Positions 55,192 through 64,000 of a stretch of 64,000 bases of DNA are shown piece after piece. Under the pieces are notes generated by a model. The model was not told the DNA's origin and ran no database searches. It worked only from the letters and a program-made list of their open reading frames with translations. Position numbers and translations under genes: made by a program. This DNA comes from Octopus vulgaris (Eukaryota), in assembly GCA_951406725.2 (NCBI GenBank), contig OX597819.1:34596001-34660000 (forward strand), read 5' to 3'. The stretch's first letter is position 1. Every line of letters begins with the position of its first letter.

Positions 55192-55412
55192 GTTTAACGT
55201 CCGTTTTCCGCGCTAGCACGGGTTGGACGGTTTCGACCGGGGTCTGGGGAGCTCGGGACTGCCCCAGGCTCCAGTCTAGTCTGGCAGTGTTTCTACAGCT
55301 GGATGCCCTTCCTAACGCCAACCACTCCGCGAGTGTAGTGGGTGCTTTTTACGTGCCACCTGCACAGATGCCAGAGGGGTCTAGCATCGGCCACGTTCGG
55401 ATGGTGCTTTTT
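55158..55412 (-). mobile_element. Young RTE LINE 3' end
   Basis: CpG-rich family 3' terminus. Confidence 0.88.
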
Positions 55413-55714
55413 ATGGGGGGGGGGTGCAGAAATATAGGGGAGCACCAGTGGGGAGGGGTGGTTCAGAGAAATGATGACAGGTTCTAGGCAAGTAGAACGT
55501 AGGATATCGAGAGAGGGGTAATGCATGGTGAAATAGCGTATTGAAGAGGGGCGTTCGAAGAGTAGACACCTATAATGGTGGTGGGAGAAGCGACATCCGG
55601 TATAGATGGAGCAAAATATAGAGATATCCGGTATTGGTGGTGGGGATGGGAGGGAGGGTGGTGGGGATGGGAGGGAGGGTGGTGGGGATGGGAGGGAGGG
55701 TGGGCGCACCGCGC

Positions 55715-55971
55715 ATTGGGAGATGAGGTTTTAGGCGGCAGAAAGAAGACAGGATTGAGATGAAATGCTTTGCGGTGGTGTGAATAAGTTTTTGTGAGTG
55801 AAAGTTTTCATGCTTCAGCTAGCATTTGAGACGAAAGACAACGACAACGCTACTAGATGGGGACACAATAATAATAAGGCTTGCAAAAACAATGAAAAGA
55901 GGAAACAGGTCGGGAACTTAGCTGATGTTTTCTTTTTTCATCCTGCGGTAGCGAGTGAAGGTGAGATATAT

Positions 55972-56014
<43 letters not shown>

Positions 56015-56330
56015 GAGAGAGAGACAGTGAAAACAGAGGGAGAAACGACACCACATAGCGAGAGAGAGAATTGGGAGATGAGGTTTTAGGCGGCAGAAAG
56101 AAGACAGGATTGAGATGAAATGCTTTGCGGTGGTGTGAATAAGTTTTTGTGAGTGAAAGTTTTCATGCTTCAGCTAGCATTTGAGACGAAAGACAACGAC
56201 AACGCTACTAGATGGGGACACAATAATAATAAGGCTTGCAAAAACAATGAAAAGAGGAAACAGGTCGGGAACTTAGCTGATGTTTTCTTTTTTTCTGTCC
56301 TGCGGTAGCGAGTGAAGGTGAGATATATAC

Positions 56331-56388
<58 letters not shown>

Positions 56389-56676
56389 TGAAAACAGAGG
56401 GAGAAACGACACCACATAGCGAGAGAGAGAATTGGGAGATGAGGTTTTAGGCGGCAGAAAGAAGACAGGATTGAGATGAAATGCTTTGCGGTGGTGTGAA
56501 TAAGTTTTTGTGAGTGAAAGTTTTCATGCTTCAGCTAGCATTTGAGACGAAAGACAACGACAACGCTACTAGATGGGGACACAATAATAATAAGGCTTGC
56601 AAAAACAATGAAAAGAGGAAACAGGTCGGGAACTTAGCTGATGTTTTCTTTTTTCATCCTGCGGTAGCGAGTGAAG
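55715..56676. repeat. Tandem repeat, ~355-361 bp unit x 2.7
   Basis: Units start at 55715, 56070 and 56431 (attgggagatgagg); near-identical apart from the (GA)n and T-run lengths. Confidence 0.95.
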
Positions 56677-56834
56677 TTGTAGGTGGCCCCCCTGAGTTGC
56701 CTGGTAACAAAAATTTTTAGGCCCAATCCGCCACTGTGTGGGTCTTTGTGTCTGTGTTTTCCCCCACCTATGCTTGACAATCAGTGTTGGTGTGTTTATG
56801 TCCCTGTTACATAGCAGTTCAGCAAAAGCAATTG

Positions 56835-57270
56835 ATAGAATAAGTACTATACTCTTTCTCTCTCTTTTACTCTTTTACTTGCTTCAGTCAGTTGACTGTG
56901 GCCATGCTGGAGCACCGCCTTTAGTTAAGCAAATCAGCCTCAGGACTTATTCTTTGTAAGCCTAGGACTTATTCTATCGATCTATTTTTGCCAAACTGCT
57001 AAGTTACGGGGATGTAAACACACCAGCATCGGTTGTCAAGCGATGTTGGGGGGACAAACACAGACACACAAACATATACACACACATACATATATACATA
57101 TATACAACGGGCTTCTTTCAGTTTCCGTCTGCCAAATCCACTCACAAAGCTTTGGTCGGCCCAAGGCTATAGTAGAAGTCACTTGCCCAAGGTGCCCCGC
57201 AGTGGGACTGAACCCAGAACCATGTGGTTGATAAGCAAGCTACTTACCACACAGCCACTCCTATGCCTAT
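56835..57270 (-). mobile_element. SINE family C inserted into the tail of another family C copy
   Basis: Full copy in reverse; the host tail resumes at 57270-57380. Confidence 0.85.
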
Positions 57271-57848
57271 ACTTAAAAGAAAAAGTACTAGAATTGATTC
57301 ATTCAAGTAAAAATTCTTCAAGGTAGAGCCCCAGCATGGCTGCAGTCTAATGACTGAGACAGGTGAAAGACAAAAGATAAAATGCTGACAATCACAATCA
57401 GCAGATACATTCTTCAGCTAACAGTGGTGCAACCAATATTGTGTGATCTTGTATCTGTATGAAAAACTCTTGCTACTATAAAACAAAAACTATGAATAAA
57501 ATAAGGTGGAATGAGATAGGGGTCAAACTTGAAAATCCCATTTTACTAAATCTCTCATCCTTATCCATCTCTATCTCTTCTCTGGGCCATAAGTTATCCC
57601 CCCACCCAATCTATCTTTTGGTTCATACTTTTTCCCCACCTGTCTATCCTCTGGTCTATACCTTATCTCCTGCTATATCTCCTTTGATCTTTATCCCTCC
57701 TATCTCTCTTTCACATCCCAACTTACTTAATTTAATCTGAAACTTTCTATGAAATAGTAATCTTTCTTATTGTGTTCATTCTCTTTTAGGGCCTTATAAT
57801 TTAACACACTCACCGGTAAAATTTCCACTTATTTCTTATTTTTATTTT

Positions 57849-57885
57849 CTAAAATTTTTGTTGTGTGTTGCAACCTTTTCAATAG
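57849..57885 (-). ncRNA. HHR-like motif, U3:A8 core variant (CpG-decayed)
   Basis: cta UUGAAAA g gttgc-aacac-acaac AAAA atUU tag. The relative at 26805-26860 supplies GCAAC-GAAA. Confidence 0.4.
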
Positions 57886-58475
57886 TCTTGACTTCCCAAA
57901 CACAACAGAATATGCTTCAACACACGAACTCATATAAAGAATCTTGCAAACCAAATCCAAAAACGAAGTAATCTTTCTTGTTTTTAATCACTCACGAATA
58001 TTTAAAGCTTTACCACATTTGAAGGAGTAACCTCTGACATTCAAGTCTTTCTTGGAGGAAATAAAAGAGCAAGAGAAAACATTTTAGCAAACTTACAGCA
58101 TACAGCATCTATGAGACTATATTTGGTAAAACAACATTCAAATATGGTTGGTACCGCATAAGATCCTTTTACAGGGCCTGCACTAAATAGGTTGTATCAC
58201 ATGGGTGCTGACTTCAACACCTGAACAAAATACAAAGTAGCATAAGAGAGCCTGTTACTGTGCCTGAATTAAATAGATCATACTACATGGGAACTTATTT
58301 CAGCTCTTGAACTATGAGCTTACAACAGGGCCTAAAATTAATAGAATTTATGACATGGCAGATTACTTTCGTAACTGAAAGAAGTAGTCTACTTGGGTAA
58401 CCTCTCATAGTATTTACTAATTTTGGCTAACAGTTACATTTTTTTGTAAGTTTCCATACATAACATATAGATGTA

Positions 58476-58862
58476 GGTGCTGCTGTGTGGTAAGAAGCTT
58501 GTTTCCCAACCACATGGTTCCAGGTTCAGTCCCACTGTGTGGCACCTTGAGCAAATGTCCTCATATAGCCTTGGGCCAACCAAAGCCTTGTGAGTGGACT
58601 TGTTGGACGAAAACTGAAAGAAGACGTGTGTGTGTGTGTGTGTCTTTGTGTCAGTGTTTGTCCCCCACACCATCACTTGACAACTTATACTGGTGTGTTT
58701 ACGTCCGTGTAACTTAGCAGTTTGGCAAAAGAGACCGATAGAATAAGTACTAGGCTTTAAAAAAATAAGCCCTGGGGCCGATTTGTTTGACTAAAATCCC
58801 TTCAAGGTGGTGCTCCAGCATAGCCACAGTGTAATAATTGAAACAAGTAAAAAAATAAAAGA
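58476..58862 (+). mobile_element. SINE family C
   Basis: Head, body and tail present. Confidence 0.85.
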
Positions 58863-58953
58863 ATATAACTGAAAAATGTATATTTACTGGTAAATTACAC
58901 ACACACACATGCACACACACAAGAACATAGTGAATATTTGATTGCTAACTAAT

Positions 58954-59286
58954 TGAGGTATGATCAATAAGTATCCGGACTGTTGCCATAGTAACGAAGC
59001 TAATGCACACAGAGTAGAGCTACTTGGCACAGACTGACCTTGACCTCTTCTATGCATGTACGCTAAGTTTTAACGTTCCAGCTCACTTCCACTGTTTACA
59101 TCAGTGCTTGGAAGGAAAGTGTGTAGCGTGTGATCATCACTGTAAACAGCAGAAGTGAGCTAGAACATTAAAGCTTAGTGCACGTGCACAGCAGAGTTCA
59201 AGGTCAATCTGTGCCAGGAAGCTTCACTCTGCATGCTTTAACTTTGTTACTATAGCAACAGTCTGGATACTTATTGATCAAACACG
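58954..59286. mobile_element. Mariner-type MITE with ~145-bp TIRs
   Basis: tgatcaataagtatccggactgttgc ... gcaacagtctggatacttattgatca; long arm complementarity; right flank TA. Confidence 0.85.
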
Positions 59287-59368
59287 TACATAAGGATACA
59301 ATGTATATTTAGTTGGTAACTACAAAAATATGGCATAGTATATATAAATATATATATATATATATGTA

Positions 59369-59480
59369 CTTTATTTAAAGCAGCAGAAAATTCAACAAAA
59401 CCTGTTACTTTGAGTTTCTCGTTGCAACGGGAAACTCAGAGTAACAGGTTTTGTTGAATTTTCTGCTGCTTTAAATAAAG
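59369..59480. repeat. 112-bp near-perfect palindrome (2 mismatches) containing an HHR 3' half
   Basis: Centre gttg|caac; right arm GAAActcagaGUAacagg. Confidence 0.9.
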
Positions 59481-59536
59481 CACTGGTATTTGAGTACTCT
59501 TTTTTCCACCTTGTTTCACATTTATGTGTTTACTCC

Positions 59537-59614
<78 letters not shown>

Positions 59615-60269
59615 AAGAGAGTTTACGAAAAAACAAAAGACAAAGACAGGTGGTGTACAAAACAAACAGATGTATTAGTATAACGCTCAGGAATAGAAAA
59701 AGTCTTTTGCGTTCCGAGCCTATGCTCTTCTACAGAAAGGGACACAGAAAAAAAAACAAGGGGAGAAACAAGGAGAGAAAAAAATGTGTGTAGTGGCTAA
59801 CGATAAGACACCCCTTCAGTCATGAATGACCACAGAATTGCACCTAGAAAGTTACCCTCCTATATATATATACATATATATTTATATATATACATATATA
59901 TATCTGGTGATCTGGTGATTATATATAATGACTTTGAAAAGCTTTGAAAAGCACATCAATCAATTAAATAGACTCAGCACTTTACTACATATTTCATTGA
60001 TTTCAGGACCTATGAAAGACTTAATGGACACAGAGAAGGAGTCCAAATTGGAACATACAGAGATGTAACTAAACGTTGTGGGGCATACAATTTCTGACCC
60101 TTCACTGCTTTTACATCTATGTAAATCTTCATCTTAAATGTAGTAGCTTTAGTGAACTCATTAGATGACTTATTGTATTGCTACACACAATCTCAATGGT
60201 ATGTCATAGTTAGGCACCACCCAAGAAATATTACATTGCTGTATGCCATCTCCGTAGTATGAGGGTAAA

Positions 60270-60595
60270 GACACCCCTTCAGTCATGAATGACCATGGAA
60301 TTGCACCTAGAAAGTTACCCTCCAAGGCACAAGTCCGAGCAAGGTTGTTTATGGAAGACCAGCAGTCATCCATGCATACCAGCCTCTCTTCTCCGTGGTA
60401 CCAATGTTATCCAAGGGAAAGACAAAAGCCAATACAGCTTGGCACCAGTGACGTCACAACTTATTTCTACAGCTGAGTGAACTGGAGCAACGTGAAATAA
60501 AATGTCTTGCTCAAGAACACAACACAGAACCCAGTCTGGAAAATGAACTCACTACCTCATGATTGTGAACTCAATGCTCTAACCATTAAGCCATA
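60270..60595 (-). mobile_element. SINE family A
   Basis: Colinear with 9232-9568. Confidence 0.88.
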
Positions 60596-60604
60596 CCAGG
60601 GCAA

Positions 60605-60840
60605 ATGTGCTACATTATTAGACACCAGCTTGGTTATACTACAAACCTAGACCTCAGCCCAGTGGTGCTACTTACCTGGACCCCAGCTCAGTAAAATTAC
60701 ATTCCCAGACACCATCTCTATAGTATTATATTACTAAGCACTAGCTCAGTGGTATTATATCACAAGACAGTGATACAACAGTATTGCATTGCTAGGTACC
60801 AGTTCAGAGGTATTACAATACTGGGTAGCAGCTCAATGCA
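60605..60840. repeat. Degenerate ~29-bp minisatellite
   Basis: Recurring cagctcagtggtattacattactaggcac-like unit. Confidence 0.7.
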
Positions 60841-61613
60841 TTGCCAGTATGATGAGCCAAGATCTTATGAAAGGAATATTTCAAACAATTAAATATTAAA
60901 ATAAATTGTGTCTTTGAGACATAAACTAACATTTACTTGAAATATAAAAGTATTGGAACTATTCCAACTAATACACTCCCATCCTAGACAGTTATATAGA
61001 CATATCATGCACACACACAGACACATGTGTACACCCAGTGTAAACGCACATAAATACAACTGTAGTTCAAATTTTCTACATCTCTGTGTTGCACCTATCT
61101 GTTGTTCTGTGAACTGTCTGAACCAACACTACCACAATCGTTTCCTCTTCCACCACCACCACCACCACCACCACCAACATCAGAGATATTTTCTCAATAA
61201 TAAACACCAATGCTAACAATAACTAAAGTGGCTACAACAAGAGGGGGAAGAAAAGTTTCAATTTAACATCAAGTCAGAGAATAACACCGTACCATGGTGT
61301 GCTGAACATTGTAATAAAGAAAACACAATAAACTGATTCCTAGTATAAGCACACAAAGCTGTATGTTTTTAAAAGTATGATATAGTTGATTGCATCGGCC
61401 TCATCAGGATGCTGCTTATATATGATGCATCAGTGAGATAAAACTAACCTGTCGCGTGACAGTCTAAACTCAGCTCATGTTCCCTGTTAGTGGTTGAACA
61501 ATGTAATGATTTGCAAGTTTTGCTTCACAATGATAGGGAGAGCCAACATTGAAGGATCAAAAAGTGATGTTACTGTGAACTCAAGTCCACCACAAGCCAG
61601 TTATCCCTGTAGT

Positions 61614-61920
61614 GGAGACACATGGCCTAGTGGTTAGAGCAGTGGACTCGCAGTCGAGGAATCATGGGTTCGAATCTCAGACTGGACGATGTGTGTGTTT
61701 ATGAGCGAAACACCTAAGCTCCACGCGGCCCTGGCAGAAGGTAATGGCCAACTTCTGCTGATTCCTTTGCCACAACTTTCTCTCACTCTTTCCTCCTGCA
61801 TCTTGCAGCTCACCTGCGACGGACCAGCGTCCCATCCAAGTGGGGAACCTATACGCCAAGGAAACCAGGAAACCGGCCCTTATGAGCCAGGCATGGCTCG
61901 AGAAGGAACAAACAAAAAAA
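61614..61920 (+). mobile_element. SINE family E inserted in the 28S fragment
   Basis: 16-bp TSD cagttatccctgt(a/g)gt at 61598-61613 and 61921-61936; A/B boxes; A-rich tail. Confidence 0.92.
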
Positions 61921-61954
<34 letters not shown>

Positions 61955-62117
61955 CAGCAGATGGATAGCTTGCCACTATTCAGAAAGGATCAATAGGCTA
62001 TGTTTTTCAGTTCATATTTGTACTGAAAATCAAGATCAAGTGAGATTTTCCTCTTTTGTGCAACACATGGTTTCTTTCCATACTGAGCTGACGTTGGGAC
62101 ACCTGCATTACAGTGTA

Positions 62118-62545
62118 ACCTTTTAGCACTTAAACAAGCCATATCTGGCCCCAAAATTCTACTTGTTTTATGTTCAAGCTGGCCAGATCCAGCCTCTTCT
62201 ACCTACCCTACAATAGCATTCTAGAAATAAATGCATAAAAGCACCCATGTCAGTGCCATGTAAAAATCATCCGGCACACTCTGTAAAATGGTTGGTATTA
62301 GGAAGGGCATCCAGTGAGAGAAACTAAGCCAAATCAAACTGGAACTTGTGCAGCTTTCCTGCTTGCCAGCCCTGGTCAAACCATCCAACACAAACCAGCA
62401 TGGAAAATGGATGTTAAATGATGATGATGTTTACCATCATCAATGTCGAAATTTCAAAGCTACAAGATAAGGCATGATTAAATCAAAGCAATGTGAATAA
62501 ATAAGCATTATATTTGACAGAGTAATCTGAACGCTGAAGGGTTAA
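62118..62545 (+). mobile_element. TTAA-family MITE inserted in the 28S fragment, itself containing an RTE 3' end (62235-62430)
   Basis: MITE halves match 7649-7868; rRNA similarity resumes at 62546. Confidence 0.8.
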
Positions 62546-62879
62546 CAGGCATACTGCTCTAGTCAAACTCCCCCATTAACACTGCTCTCGACTGAGGGTT
62601 GAGCACAGATTGTGTCAGTGTCTACCAAGTTATTGGACATGCTCTATGAATGTGGACAAGGATGACAGGTAAAGCAGCCCTCAATGGGGTTTGAACTCAG
62701 AGCACAAAAGGGACATAATTCCTTCCAGAATTACCTCTGCATCCTGTTGATCTTCAAATAAACATTAACTGCCAAAACTGCACCAGTGTGGGAGGGCCTG
62801 CAATGGTCAGAAGCACTAACTAATATACTTTAATTAATCAGGTGTTGGAACAAATCAATATTATACACTAAATTAAGGC

Positions 62880-63090
62880 AATGAACTGGCAGAATCATTA
62901 GCATGCCAGGAAAAATGCTTAACAGAATTTCATTCATTTTTATATTCCGAGTTCAAATTCTGCCGGAGTCGACATTGCCTTTCATCCTTTTGGGGTTGAT
63001 AAAATAAGAACCAGTCAAGCACTGGGATCAGTCTTATAGACTTAGCCCCACCCCTAAAACTGCTGGCCTTGTGCCTAATTTTAAACCAAT
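62880..63090 (+). mobile_element. SINE family D
   Basis: Matches 31400-31612. Confidence 0.8.
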
Positions 63091-63909
63091 ATCAGACACT
63101 TTACCATTTATACAACTCACTCATATAAACGAGAGTATTAAAAACAAAATACTGTTTCATTGTTAATTATGAATCTTAGCCAACATCACTTACTTTGCTC
63201 CAAGGGGCCGTACATACTGACCTTCTTCTTGCTAATGTCCAAAATACTAACATAGATGACACTAAACAATGTTTACATCCAGAATGTGTACAATTGTCAT
63301 AGCATTGTTCAGTTTTATAATAAAGTCATGCTACACACAATGTAGCTAATATATACAAAGTCTCATCATTGTCATCATGATCATCATCAACTAAGACAAA
63401 ACTAGATATTGTTTTCCGGGACACATGCGTGCACATGCGTTTCCTTCTGATCAATACTACATTATGCCCTCAAGTCTAACAATTCTTTGTAACTCATAGA
63501 CACAAACAAGAACAAAAAGAGTAAATTCAGCCAAGTCAACTGTTTCAGCTGTATTAGATCTTATCAACCACTTTTGCTTTTAACTCAGAGCAATGTTCAT
63601 ATATATTTATTGTTTTATATACTGTTTATGTAATTAAATGTTAGTGATGGAAAACATCACGAAAACATAAATTTTGCATGCTATAAACCTTATCCTCTGT
63701 TTTTTTTTGTGTGTGTAATTGTTATTATTGTTGATGAACATTACAATTCAATCGATCTGTTAATCTGTTAATGTTTTAATCTTATGCCTGTGTGTGTATA
63801 TGCACACACATACACATTATTATTATTATTATTATTATTCATCTAACCCATGCTAGCTTGGAGAAATGGATGTAAGTGAATAAATGATTTTAGATATATA
63901 TATATATAT

Positions 63910-64000
63910 GCCAGCCTTGCTTGGCCCCCATGCCGGTGGCACGTAAAAGCACCATCCGTCCGTGGCCGTTGCCAGCCTTGCCTGGCCCCCGTGCCGGTGG
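63910..64000 (+). mobile_element. RTE 3' UTR subrepeats (cut by window end)
   Basis: gccggtggcacgtaaaagcaccatccg unit. Confidence 0.75.

Larger units (their letters stand above)
52865..56736 (+). mobile_element. hAT DNA transposon (internally deleted, with nested insertions) inserted in a SINE family C copy
   Basis: TIRs cagtggcagactggcc / gcccaatccgccactg. SINE 5' half at 52645-52864, 3' half resumes at 56737. The 8-bp TSD is not clean. Confidence 0.8.
61428..62600 (-). pseudogene. 28S (LSU) rRNA pseudogene fragment, domain V region, interrupted twice
   Basis: Reverse complements of conserved LSU segments: aaaactaacctgtc, gcttcacaatgatagg, gaaggatcaaaaag, cacaagccagttatccctgtggtaacttttctgacacctc, tactgaaaatcaagatcaag, ggacacctgc, agtcaaactcccc. 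Confidence 0.9.

Overview
AT-rich, repeat-saturated eukaryotic intronic or intergenic DNA. I infer a cephalopod (Octopus-like) genome from the repeat landscape; this was not verified by any search. I recognise no intact host protein-coding gene, and almost all ORFs in the track are microsatellite or SINE artefacts. The window holds: a decayed full-length Tc1 element; a decayed Merlin (IS1595/ISXO2-like) transposase; a ~3.9 kb hAT element with nested cargo; RTE-clade LINE remnants (RT, an embedded PHD-like finger, and many 5'-truncated 3' ends with (GAT)n tails); at least four SINE families; TTAA-flanked and mariner-type MITEs; non-autonomous Helitrons; a 28S rRNA pseudogene with nested insertions; and several mini/microsatellites. 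The most interesting signal is a set of type I hammerhead ribozyme (HHR) motifs in short, often fold-back, (TA)n-associated elements that resemble Penelope-like element (PLE) termini. One has an intact canonical core (53297-53389). Others show apparent compensatory G3:C8 or U3:A8 cores, or a one-nucleotide-shorter core. All coordinates and folds were read by eye; repeat boundaries are approximate.
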